32,000 bases of DNA from Delftia acidovorans NBRC 14950. GTDB taxonomy: Bacteria; Pseudomonadota; Gammaproteobacteria; Burkholderiales; Burkholderiaceae_C. Positions 1 through 10,227 of the stretch are shown piece after piece. The stretch lies in the NCBI RefSeq assembly GCF_001598795.1, contig NZ_BCZP01000024.1, forward strand, positions 30,001 through 62,000, in the 5' to 3' direction. A program made the position numbers and the translations under genes. The notes beneath the pieces were generated by a model. That model worked only from the letters and a program-made list of their open reading frames with translations. It was not told the DNA's origin and did no database searches. The stretch's first letter is position 1; every line of letters starts with the position of its first letter.

Positions 1-334
1 TGGGATGCTCCTCATGGCGCTCGCCCGTCAGCGAGAACACGCCCCAGACGTTGGCCCTGCGGCAGGCGTCGGCGAAGATTTCGGTCTCTTCGCCCGGGAT
101 GGCGCTGGCCGTGTCGTACATCTCCTTGGCGTCGTACATGATGCCGTGCGTGGAGTACTCGGGAAAGATCACCAGGTCCATGCCCGGCAGGCCGCGCTTC
201 ATGCCCACCAGCATGTCCGCGATCTTGCGGCAGTTGTCCAGCACCTCGGCCTTGGTGTGCAGGCGCGGCATCTTGTAGTTGACCACCGCCACGCCGACGC
301 AATCGTTGCTGCTGGAAATATCTCCGTGTCTCAT
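1..334 (-). CDS. amiE: Aliphatic amidase AmiE (nitrilase superfamily), N-terminal part; gene runs off the left edge
   Basis: Hand translation of the minus strand from ATG 334-332, preceded by AGGAG. It reads [68 protein letters not shown]...[17 protein letters not shown]. This matches the N-terminus of Pseudomonas aeruginosa AmiE as I remember it, including the FPEYS catalytic-Glu motif. It is absent from the ORF track because it is truncated. Confidence 0.9.
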   Translation of the reverse strand, partial: MRHGDISSSNDCVGVAVVNYKMPRLHTKAEVLDNCRKIADMLVGMKRGLPGMDLVIFPEYSTHGIMYDAKEMYDTASAIPGEETEIFADACRRANVWGVFSLTGERHEEHP

Positions 335-401
335 GCTGCTACTCCTGAAGGGGTTGAGGGGGCGGCGCGCGGCATCACAGCCCCCTCGATTCCCGGCCAA
401 C

Positions 402-445
402 AAAAAAAGGCCCGAACCGCTCCGGGTCATGGAGCGGTTCGGGCC
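402..445 (-). terminator. Rho-independent terminator: 15-bp perfect stem plus U7
   Basis: GGCCCGAACCGCTCC (409-423) pairs with GGAGCGGTTCGGGCC (431-445) around a 7-nt loop. On the minus strand the stem is followed by TTTTTTT (408-402). It lies 197 nt downstream of the GntP stop and 67 nt upstream of the amiE ATG. Confidence 0.85.
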
Positions 446-641
446 TTGTTGCCCGACATCTGCGCTGGCAGCTTTGGCAGCGGATGTCGTCTTGTCGGTA
501 ATGCGGGAATGAATCGGGGCGATGCCTTATCGCCGTGCATGCATTGTTGCCATGCACCCGCTCCGCGCATATACGTCATATGCCGGTTGTGGCGGGCGCG
601 AGGCCGTGGTATTTTCCGCGCGCGCTCTGCGCCCTGGTCCC

Positions 642-2051
642 TCAGAAGGACCCGAACATGGTGCCGAGCGTGATCACCAGCACCAGGGCCAGCAGTGGCG
701 CGCCAATGGTCATGATGGCGATGTTGCCGTATGACTGGCGGTGCGTGAGGCCGCAGATGGACAGCAGCGTGATGATGGCGCCGCTGTGCGGCAGGGTGTC
801 GAAGCAGCCGGCCGCCATCACCGCCACGCGGTGCAGCAGCTCGGGGCTGATGCCCAACTGGGCGGCCATGGCCAGGTAGTCCTTGCCCAGCGTGGACAGT
901 GCAATCGACAGGCCGCCCGACGACGACCCCGTGATGCCCGCCAGCACGTTCATGGCCACGGCCTCGGAGATCAGCGGGTTGTGTGGCGCCACGTTGAGCA
1001 CGGCCTCGCGGATGATGGCAAAGCCCGCCAGCCCCGCGATGACCGCGCCGTAGCCCACCTCCGAGGCCGTGTTGAAGATGGGCAGCATGGAGCCCAGCAC
1101 GCCCTTGTTCACCGACTCCTTGAGATTACGCCAGCGGCCCAGGCCCAGCAGCACCAGTGCGGCGCAGGCCACGGCCAGGGCCATGATCAGCGCCCACAGG
1201 CCCGTCTGCTTGGCCGGGTCCACGGCAGGAAAGCGTTCCTTCAGAAAGCCGAAATCCATCTGCGGGAACACACCGTAGGTCAGCAGCGCATTGACTGCGA
1301 TCACCAGTACCAGCGGCAGCAGGGCCAGCAGCAGCGGCAGGTCCCGGCGGCTGTGCAGGGCGGGATCGCTTTCTTCATGCAGCCCCTGCTCGACGGCGTC
1401 GTCATGGTCGCCGTAGCCTTCGCCGGCCACGCGCGCCTTGGCCGCGCGCGACTGCAGCCACCACAGGCCCAGGGCCAGCATGGTCATGCCGCCGATGATG
1501 CCCAGGCCCGGCGCCGCGAACACATTGGTGCCGTAGTAGGGAATGGGAATGGCGTTCTGGATGGACGGCGTGCCCGGCAGCGCCGTCATGGTGAAGGTGA
1601 ACGAGCCCAGCGCGATGGTGGGCGGTATCAGCCGCTTGGGCACATGGGCCGCGCGGAACAGAGACTTGGCAATCGGATAGATGGCAAAGGCCACCACGAA
1701 CAGCGACACGCCGCCATAGGTGAGCACGGCGCAGGCCAGCACCACCGTGAGGATGGCGTGCTTCTCGCCCAGCACGCGCATGATCCAGTGCGATATCGCG
1801 GTGGCCGCGCCCGAGTCCGCCATCAACTGGCCGAACAGCGCGCCCAGCAGGAACACGGGGAAGAACTGCAGCATGTAGTTGCCCAGGGCGCCCATGAAGG
1901 TGCTGGTGTACAGCGGCAGCATGTGGCCCAGGTCGCCGGACAGCAGCACGGCCACGGCGGCCATCAGGGGGGCCAGCAGCAGCACGGAGATGCCTCGGTA
2001 GGCCAGGAACATCAGTCCCGCCAGTGAAATCACGATTGCCAGGGTACTCAA
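642..2051 (-). CDS. GntP-family (gluconate/organic-acid:H+ symporter-like) permease
   Basis: 469-aa polytopic membrane ORF with the two-hydrophobic-halves-plus-central-loop layout and sequence feel of the GntP family. The start is TTG (2051-2049), with GGAG 6-7 nt upstream. Confidence 0.85.
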   Translation of the reverse strand: MSTLAIVISLAGLMFLAYRGISVLLLAPLMAAVAVLLSGDLGHMLPLYTSTFMGALGNYMLQFFPVFLLGALFGQLMADSGAATAISHWIMRVLGEKHAILTVVLACAVLTYGGVSLFVVAFAIYPIAKSLFRAAHVPKRLIPPTIALGSFTFTMTALPGTPSIQNAIPIPYYGTNVFAAPGLGIIGGMTMLALGLWWLQSRAAKARVAGEGYGDHDDAVEQGLHEESDPALHSRRDLPLLLALLPLVLVIAVNALLTYGVFPQMDFGFLKERFPAVDPAKQTGLWALIMALAVACAALVLLGLGRWRNLKESVNKGVLGSMLPIFNTASEVGYGAVIAGLAGFAIIREAVLNVAPHNPLISEAVAMNVLAGITGSSSGGLSIALSTLGKDYLAMAAQLGISPELLHRVAVMAAGCFDTLPHSGAIITLLSICGLTHRQSYGNIAIMTIGAPLLALVLVITLGTMFGSF

Positions 2052-2174
2052 ATCGTCTCCAGTCCAGTAGTTCTAGTCAAAAAGACAGAATAAATGCGGA
2101 TGGGTGACAATTTGGCGTAATTGGCGTGCTTTGTGGATGATTTGGCGCAATATATCGCCACGTTATCCCCATGT

Positions 2175-3551
2175 TTACCCGGCCTGTGCGCCGCTGCGCG
2201 ACTGCAGCCGCAGTCTCAAGGGCGTGGATGGCCGCAGCGTGACCTGCAGCACAGGGCGGGGGGCGCCGGCACCTTCGGGCACGCTCAGCCGCAGACGCTG
2301 CAGCACCATGGCCGCCACCACCGTCATCTCCGTGCTAGCCAGGTGCTGGCCCAGGCATACGCGCGGGCCGGTGCCAAAGGGCATCCAGCTGCCGCGCGGC
2401 GCGGCAGGGGCGCCGTCCTTGTCGGCATCGGCGAAACGCTGCGGCTGAAAGGCATCGGGTTGCGGGAACCAGCGCGCATCGCGTTGCATGAGGCCGGGCG
2501 CAATCATGAACAGGGTTCGCGCGGGCAGGCGCCACGGACCCAGCTGCACAGGCCGTGTGCAACGCCGGCTGATGAGCACCGGCGCGGCCGGGTACAGGCG
2601 CATGGCTTCTTGAAGGCTCCAGCCCAACTGGCGCAGCGCCGGCAGGTCCTGCGCCGTGGGCGTGCGGCCCTGCAGCTGTTCCTGGATCTCGTCGGCCACC
2701 TGCTGCTGCGCCTCGGGATGGGTGGCCATGCACCAGGACCACCAGGTCAGGCTGCTGGCCACGGTTTCGTGACCTGCCAGAAAGGCCGTCATGCACTCAT
2801 CGCGCACGGCCTGCAGTGTCCAGGTCTGGGCGTCGCCCCGGTGCAGGCGCAGCAGGCGGCTGAGCAGATCCTCGGGCCAGTCTGCATCGGCCTGCGCCAG
2901 CCGGAGCCGGACCTGCCGGTCGATGAAGCTGCGCAGCCAGGCAAGCGCCCGGCGCTTGCGGCGCTTCCAGGGCATGGCATCGGGCCAGCGCAGGGGCCAG
3001 TAGAACTCGCTGTTGGCGGCATGGCTGACTTCGCGGATGGCCTGCTCCGCGGAGCGCGCATCCTCGCCGATGGCGCCGGAGAACATCAGCCGCATGATCA
3101 CATCCATGGCCAGGGCGGTCAGCGCCTGTTCCATGGGAAAGTCCTCGGACTGCTGCGGCCAGGCCTGCAGCGCGGCCTGCGCGGCTGCGGCCAGGGCCGG
3201 TATCTGGGCCTGCACGGCTTTGGGGGAGAAGGCCGGCAACAGGGCCTGCCGCTTGCTGCGCCAGCGCTGGCCTTCGCTGACCAGCACGCTGTGGCCGTGC
3301 AGTTGGGCAAAGACCGAGATGCCGTGCTCCCAGCGCACCAGCGCATCGTGCTGGCCGACCAGCAGCTCGCGCACCAGTTCGGGATCCGTGACGACGACCT
3401 GGTGCTCTGGCCAGATGCGCAGATGGATGGCATCCCCGTGCTCGCCGCGCCACTGCGCCAGCGTACCCAGCAGGTCGCGCGACATGCGGCGCAGCAGGCC
3501 CCAGCCCATGAGCCCCGGTGCCGGGCCGGGTGGCCAGGCCGTGGAGGCCAT
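2175..3551 (-). CDS. Cytochrome P450
   Basis: Heme-binding loop FGTGPRVCLG near the C-terminus. An AGHETV I-helix motif and ExxR are also present. Start chosen at ATG 3551 (MASTAWPPGP...) because GC3 drops and rare CAA codons dominate upstream of it. In-frame alternatives are ATG 3683 and TTG 3752. Confidence 0.85.
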   Translation of the reverse strand: MASTAWPPGPAPGLMGWGLLRRMSRDLLGTLAQWRGEHGDAIHLRIWPEHQVVVTDPELVRELLVGQHDALVRWEHGISVFAQLHGHSVLVSEGQRWRSKRQALLPAFSPKAVQAQIPALAAAAQAALQAWPQQSEDFPMEQALTALAMDVIMRLMFSGAIGEDARSAEQAIREVSHAANSEFYWPLRWPDAMPWKRRKRRALAWLRSFIDRQVRLRLAQADADWPEDLLSRLLRLHRGDAQTWTLQAVRDECMTAFLAGHETVASSLTWWSWCMATHPEAQQQVADEIQEQLQGRTPTAQDLPALRQLGWSLQEAMRLYPAAPVLISRRCTRPVQLGPWRLPARTLFMIAPGLMQRDARWFPQPDAFQPQRFADADKDGAPAAPRGSWMPFGTGPRVCLGQHLASTEMTVVAAMVLQRLRLSVPEGAGAPRPVLQVTLRPSTPLRLRLQSRSGAQAG

Positions 3552-3614
3552 CTGCTCGGATTGCTCGGATTGCTCGGGTTGCGCAGGTTGCGCGGATTGC
3601 CGCGCTTGCGTGGC
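3552..3614. repeat. Seven degenerate tandem copies of a 9-bp unit (TTGCKCGGA-like)
   Basis: The units are ctgctcgga, ttgctcgga, ttgctcggg, ttgcgcagg, ttgcgcgga, ttgccgcgc and ttgcgtggc, read directly from the sequence. The array sits immediately upstream of the preferred P450 start. If the longer ORF is real it would encode QSAQPAQPEQSEQSEQ. Confidence 0.75.
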
Positions 3615-3770
3615 AAAGGGGCAGGAGGCTGCGTTCGACGGCGCCGGTGTGCAGGTATCTTGCGTGGGATTCGGGCGGTTCATGTTCCCATGCTCGCTGG
3701 TCACGCCGCCCGTGGTCTTGAACGAAAGCGTCACGGGATCGGCGGGCGGCAAGGCCTACACTGCGCCTCC

Positions 3771-4736
3771 ATGGATGCCGTCGTGATGCCCGAAGCCGAA
3801 GCCGCAATCGAAGCCTGTACGTCCAGTGCCTTTGCTGCCTGTCCGCCCCTGCATGCCAGGGCCGCGCGCTGGGCAGGCCAGGGGCGGCAGCCGCACTCCA
3901 TGCTGTATCCCGCGCCGGCAGGGCTGCATGGTGCGGTGGTGGCCGTCGTCTGCCGCGATACGCGGGGCGTGGTCCTGGACGATGCGCAGCGGCTGTCGCA
4001 TTTTCCCGCCACCCCCATGGTCTGCCTGTCCTGGTACCAGGACATGGCCGCAGGCCTGGTGGGCGTGCAGGGCTGCGAGCCCTTTGAGGCATCCGTCATG
4101 CTTTCGGGCAGCCAGACAGCGCCCACGGCGAGCTGGGCCAGCGGGCCGGGCCGTGGCGGCATGGTCTGCCTGCACCTGGATGCCGCGCTGCAGCTGTTCG
4201 GCTCCGGCGTGCTGCAGGCGCAGGATGGCTTTGTCGCGGCAGCCGGGGTGCTGGGGCCGTCCTGGTCCGCGCTGTGCCAGGCCCTGCTGCATGCGCAGGA
4301 CGATGCCGGCACCCTGGACGCGTTGCAGCGCCACCTGGCGCCGCGCTGGCGCGAGGTCCGGGGGAGCGCCCTGCAGGTGCTGCCCTCATTGCGCGAGCAT
4401 GGGCGCCACTGGGTGGCCTGGCTGGGGATGCAGGCGCTGCAATGGCAAAGAACGCTGGGCGCGCGCCAGGTGGAGCGGCGCATCAAGCAGTTCAGCGGAC
4501 GCTCCCTGCGGCAGTGGCAGGGCATGGTGCGCACGGAAAGCCTGTTCCATGCGGCGCGGCGCCGCCATGAACAGGGACAGGCGCTGGACTGGGCCGCGCT
4601 GGCGCTGGACGAGGGCTTCTCCGACCAGGCCCATATGTGCCGCGCCGTGCGCCAGATCACGGGGTTTTCGCCGGGGGAGTTTGCGCGGCGCTTCGAGCAC
4701 GATGAATCGTTCTGGATGTATCGGCTCTGGGTTTGA
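3771..4736 (+). CDS. AraC-family transcriptional regulator, divergent from the P450
   Basis: The C-terminus (...LALDEGFSDQAHMCRAVRQITGFSPGEFARRF...) is a typical AraC HTH. It is the only credible part of the 871-aa + ORF 2121-4736, whose upstream part is antisense to the P450. The first ATG is 3771. The in-frame ATG 3900 (MLYPAPAGLHGAVV...) is an equally plausible start because GC3 is higher after it. Confidence 0.8.
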   Translation: MDAVVMPEAEAAIEACTSSAFAACPPLHARAARWAGQGRQPHSMLYPAPAGLHGAVVAVVCRDTRGVVLDDAQRLSHFPATPMVCLSWYQDMAAGLVGVQGCEPFEASVMLSGSQTAPTASWASGPGRGGMVCLHLDAALQLFGSGVLQAQDGFVAAAGVLGPSWSALCQALLHAQDDAGTLDALQRHLAPRWREVRGSALQVLPSLREHGRHWVAWLGMQALQWQRTLGARQVERRIKQFSGRSLRQWQGMVRTESLFHAARRRHEQGQALDWAALALDEGFSDQAHMCRAVRQITGFSPGEFARRFEHDESFWMYRLWV

Positions 4737-4856
4737 CCCGGGGGTCTGCTCCGCTTGCGTGTCCGTCACGCTACAGCATTTTTTGCATGGTAGAAAACGC
4801 GGGGGCTGCAAGCCGTTTCCCTGTGAAAACAGGTCCTGAATGCCGCTGTAAAACCC

Positions 4857-4876
4857 TAAGTCTTCTACAAGACTTA
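4857..4876. promoter_or_regulatory. Perfect 8-4-8 AT-rich palindrome TAAGTCTT-CTAC-AAGACTTA overlapping a putative -35 of the monomeric IDH gene
   Basis: Read directly from the sequence. A candidate sigma70 promoter has TTAAAA (4874-4879), an 18-nt spacer and TAGAAT (4898-4903). The region is unusually AT-rich for this genome. Confidence 0.4.
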
Positions 4877-5074
4877 AAAAATGTGGCGGGTTCCGCTTAG
4901 AATTTTGTATTGTGGGATCGCATTGCAGAAAACGCCGGGGCAGCATGCTGGCGCGACGGGGCATTGCGTGACGGTCCTACTGCCTCAGGCTGCACCGGCC
5001 CCGTTTCCCCTAGCGGATGCCCGGTTCGACGGCCTGCGGCGCGACCCCTACCTTTTCACTACCTGAGACAAGAG

Positions 5075-7309
<2,235 letters not shown>

Positions 7310-7351
7310 GCCACTGTGCCGGGGCCTGGCCCCGGCAGGCTTCAGCCATGA

Positions 7352-7382
7352 CCGGCCGACCCGCAAGGGCGGCCGGTTTTTT
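7352..7382 (+). terminator. Rho-independent terminator of idh
   Basis: CCGGCCG-A-CCC GCAA GGG-CGGCCGG followed by TTTTTT (7377-7382). Confidence 0.85.
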
Positions 7383-7417
7383 CATGCCTGCAACGGCGGG
7401 AAAGAAAACCGCAGGCG

Positions 7418-7447
7418 AAAAAAAACCGGCCCAGAGAGCCGGTTTTT
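7418..7447 (-). terminator. Rho-independent terminator of the RRM-protein gene; A/T-flanked, so potentially bidirectional
   Basis: CCGGC (7426-7430) pairs with GCCGG (7438-7442) around a 7-nt loop. It is flanked by an A8 run and a T5 run. On the minus strand the stem is followed by U8, 17 nt after the stop at 7464. Confidence 0.75.
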
Positions 7448-7463
7448 GGAAGCTGCGCCGTGA

Positions 7464-7811
7464 TCAGTAGCGACCGCCGCCGTGGCCGCCATTGCCGTAG
7501 CCGACGTCCGAACGCTTGCCGGCGTAACCCTGCGGGCTGTAGCCACCGGAGCTGCGGCCTTCTTCACGGGGACGGGCCAGGTTCACGACGATCGAGCGTC
7601 CGTCCACGGACATGCCGTGCAGGCCGGTGATGGCGGCTTGGGCGACTTCGGCAGAAGCCATTTCCACAAAGCCGAAGCCCTTGGAGCGGCCGGTTTCGCG
7701 GTCCATCATGACCTTGGCGGAGGCCACGTTGCCGAACTCGGCAAAGTTGCTTTCCAGGCTGGAGTCGGTCACGGAGTAGGGCAGATTGCCCACGTAGATT
7801 TTGGTGGTCAT
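7464..7811 (-). CDS. RRM-type RNA-binding protein with a glycine-rich tail
   Basis: Starts MTTKIYVGNLPYSVTDSSLESNFAEFGNVASAKVMMDRETGRSKGFGFVEM.... RNP2 (IYVGNL) and RNP1 (KGFGFVEM) are present, and the C-terminus is GYGNGGHGGGRY. ATG 7811 has GAGG upstream. The longer track ORF extending to 7988 is unsupported. Confidence 0.9.
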   Translation of the reverse strand: MTTKIYVGNLPYSVTDSSLESNFAEFGNVASAKVMMDRETGRSKGFGFVEMASAEVAQAAITGLHGMSVDGRSIVVNLARPREEGRSSGGYSPQGYAGKRSDVGYGNGGHGGGRY

Positions 7812-7932
7812 AGGAAAACCTCTTCGATTGGATGTGCGCAAAAGGGCGCACCGTTGGCATGCATGCGGCGGACTGTGCAATCCGCGGCGGTGAATGGGTG
7901 GGAGGGCGACAGGCAGCCGGGCAGGCAGGCCG

Positions 7933-8142
7933 TCAGCACGCAGGCGGATGCTGCATGCAGGTCTGAAGCCAGCCCTGAGTGACGGCAAACAGCCGTGCTG
8001 CTTCGCGGGAGGCGAACGCCTTGTCGAAACGGAATACGCGGCAGTAGCTGCCGTTGCCTTGGGAGCGATGGACCGCGAAGGAGGCGCGGAAGCGGCCGCA
8101 GTCGGTCGGGTGTGTCGAGGGCGAGACGACGTACTTGCCCAT
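7933..8142 (-). CDS. Small hypothetical protein (69 aa)
   Basis: The ATG ORF reads MGKYVVSPSTHPTDCGRFRASFAVHRSQGNGSYCRVFRFDKAFASREAARLFAVTQGWLQTCMQHPPAC. Hand-checked codons show strong GC3 bias and the preferred TTC/GAC/AAG/TAC codons, like genuine genes in this window. No clear Shine-Dalgarno, and no family assignment I can make. Confidence 0.5.
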   Translation of the reverse strand: MGKYVVSPSTHPTDCGRFRASFAVHRSQGNGSYCRVFRFDKAFASREAARLFAVTQGWLQTCMQHPPAC

Positions 8143-8424
8143 GGGAATGCCGGTGTTTGAAATGTGGTTCAGTCAGGTTCGCAGGCTTGAACAGGCCTGC
8201 GTGAGCATCTGGGAACTCGGTTGGCTGCAGCTCTACAGACCAACTGTGCGACAAAGGTCGCAAGAGACATCCTGCGGGGAGCGGCGGACAGCCGTTGTGC
8301 AGGGAAGGGAAGTGGGCGGCTTAAGCGCTTGGCCTCAACAACGGAGCTGACTATAACCTGTTGTGTATTTAGGCGCAACTTAATATTCTTTTTAATTGTA
8401 AAACAGTGCGTGGCCGCCGATTTT

Positions 8425-8442
8425 GTTATGTTATAACGTAAC
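8425..8442. promoter_or_regulatory. Zur box (GTTATGTTATAACGTAAC)
   Basis: 18-bp near-perfect palindrome. The GTTATAAC core is fully symmetric and the arms GTTAT/GTAAC have one mismatched pair. It matches the proteobacterial Zur operator core TGTTATnnATAACA. It sits in an AT-rich patch 54-71 nt upstream of the zur ATG. Confidence 0.7.
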
Positions 8443-8495
8443 TGTTTTGATGCAGGGCAAGGTCGCTGCCCGCCCTTTTTGACCAGGAAACCACC

Positions 8496-8894
8496 ATGTC
8501 CCACTCCCTGACCACCAAGCAACAACGCGTGCTCGACACGCTGCGCCAGGCCGGCGCGCCGCTGACGGCCTACGCGCTGCTCGACCAGTTGCGGGACCAC
8601 GGTTTGACGGCCCCTACCCAGGTCTACCGCGCGCTGGACAAGCTGGCCGAGCAGGGCGTGGTCCATCGCCTGGAGTCGCTGAATGCCTATGTCTGCTGCT
8701 CGCATCCGGACGAGGGCAGCCATGATTTCTCGGCCTTTGCGATCTGCGACAGCTGCGGCCAGGTCGATGAGTTCGTGGACGACGCGCTCAACCGCTGCCT
8801 GGGCAGCTGGGCGCATGGCAATGCCTTTGCGCTGGCCCATTCAAACATCGAGCTGCATGGCAAGTGCTCCGCCTGCACCGCGCTCCCCGCCTGA
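8496..8894 (+). CDS. zur: Fur-family zinc uptake regulator Zur
   Basis: 132-aa Fur-family protein with a winged helix (QVYRALDKLAEQGVVHRLE), plus CxxC (CDSCG) and a C-terminal CSAC. ATG 8496 has AGGAAA upstream. The context is a Zur box followed by zinc-sparing paralogs. Confidence 0.85.
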   Translation: MSHSLTTKQQRVLDTLRQAGAPLTAYALLDQLRDHGLTAPTQVYRALDKLAEQGVVHRLESLNAYVCCSHPDEGSHDFSAFAICDSCGQVDEFVDDALNRCLGSWAHGNAFALAHSNIELHGKCSACTALPA

Positions 8895-8960
8895 GACCCC
8901 TCCCTGCGCATGCGGCCGCAGTGCCCGCCGCGCGATCCCTGTCCCTGTTCGAGAGATTCC

Positions 8961-10181
8961 ATGATGCATACCGTAGCGCCGGTTCAGCCGCCGCATGCCC
9001 GATTGCCTGTGACCGTGCTGTCGGGCTTTCTGGGCGCGGGCAAGACCACCTTGCTCAACCACATCCTGCACAACCGCGAAGGGCGGCGCGTGGCCGTCAT
9101 CGTCAATGACATGTCCGAGGTCAACATCGACGCGGCCCTGGTGCGCGATGGCGGGGCCGACCTGTCGCGCACCGACGAAAAGCTGGTGGAGATGAGCAAT
9201 GGCTGCATCTGCTGCACGCTGCGCGAGGATCTGCTGCTGGAGGTGGCGCGGCTGGCGGGCGAGGGCCGTTTCGACCAGCTGGTCATCGAGTCCACGGGCA
9301 TCTCCGAGCCGCTGCCGGTGGCCGAGACCTTCACCTTCGCGGGCGAGGACGGACGCAGCCTGGGCGATGTGGCGCGGCTGGACACCATGGTGACCGTGGT
9401 CGATGCCTTCAACTTCCTGCACGACTATGGCTCGCGCGACAGCCTGCGCTCGCGCGGCGAATCGCTGGGCGAGGAGGACCGCCGCACCGTGGTCGATCTG
9501 CTGATCGAGCAGGTGGAGTTCTGCGATGTGATCGTGCTCAACAAGATCGACCTGGTCACCGAGGAGGACTGCACGCGGCTGATGGCCATCCTGCGCGGGC
9601 TCAACCCGCGTGCCAGGCTGGAGATCGCCTCCTTCGGCCAACTGCCGCTGGATCGCGTGCTCGATACCGGGCTGTTCGATTTCGAGGAGGCCTCCAGGGC
9701 GCCGGGCTGGCTGCAGCAATTGCGTGGCACGCACCAGCCCGAGACCGAGGCCTATGGCGTTGCCAGCTTTGTCTACCGCGCCCGCCGCCCCTTTCATCCC
9801 CGGCGCTTCTTTGGCCTGGTGCAAAGCGAATGGCCGGGAGTGGTGCGCTCCAAGGGGTTTTTCTGGCTGGCCAGCCATCCGGCGCTGGCCGGTTCCTGGT
9901 CGCAGGCTGGCGCCGTGGCCCGCCATGGGCCGGCCGGCCACTGGTGGGCCGCCGTGGAGGCCGAGCGCTGGCCGCGCGACCCCGAAAGCGTGGAGCGCAT
10001 CCTGGACAAATGGGTCGATGGCGTGGGCGACGCGCGCCAGGAACTGGTGCTGATCGGCATGGGCATGGACGAGGACGCGCTGCGCGCCCGCCTGGACGAG
10101 TGCCTGCTGACCGATGCAGAAATGGCCCTGGGCCCACAGGCCTGGGCGCAATGGGACAACCCGTTTCCCGACTGGAATTGA
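8961..10181 (+). CDS. zigA: COG0523/CobW-family zinc metallochaperone GTPase (ZigA-like)
   Basis: Contains [22 protein letters not shown] (P-loop), the GCICCTL metal-binding CxCC motif and the CobW C-terminal domain. About 406 aa, as for ZigA. The ATGATG start is at 8961; the track ORF starts earlier at a non-ATG codon. Confidence 0.88.
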   Translation: MMHTVAPVQPPHARLPVTVLSGFLGAGKTTLLNHILHNREGRRVAVIVNDMSEVNIDAALVRDGGADLSRTDEKLVEMSNGCICCTLREDLLLEVARLAGEGRFDQLVIESTGISEPLPVAETFTFAGEDGRSLGDVARLDTMVTVVDAFNFLHDYGSRDSLRSRGESLGEEDRRTVVDLLIEQVEFCDVIVLNKIDLVTEEDCTRLMAILRGLNPRARLEIASFGQLPLDRVLDTGLFDFEEASRAPGWLQQLRGTHQPETEAYGVASFVYRARRPFHPRRFFGLVQSEWPGVVRSKGFFWLASHPALAGSWSQAGAVARHGPAGHWWAAVEAERWPRDPESVERILDKWVDGVGDARQELVLIGMGMDEDALRARLDECLLTDAEMALGPQAWAQWDNPFPDWN

Positions 10182-10227
10182 ACGAATACCGCGCCGGCCT
10201 GGGTCGGCGTGGCCACTGGAGTCCCGA

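Noticed and set aside
741-2027. 428-aa plus-strand ORF
   Set aside because: It is antisense to the GntP permease and consists of Arg/Gln/Gly/His-rich nonsense.
2143-2160. Sigma-54-like promoter for the GntP gene: TGGCG-N-TTGCG on the minus strand
   Set aside because: The GG-to-GC spacing is 9 nt instead of the invariant 10, so it does not fit the -24/-12 geometry.
2121-3770. N-terminal two-thirds of the 871-aa plus-strand ORF 2121-4736
   Set aside because: This part is antisense to the cytochrome P450, which has a heme-loop signature. Only the C-terminal AraC-like part (from 3771 or 3900) is credible.
4881-5066. 61-aa plus-strand ORF in the idh leader
   Set aside because: It has no RBS and poor codon bias. 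It lies in the AT-rich promoter/UTR region and ends just before the real idh start.
8169-8840. 223-aa minus-strand ORF overlapping zur
   Set aside because: It is antisense to a Fur-family gene that has a good RBS and a Zur box upstream.
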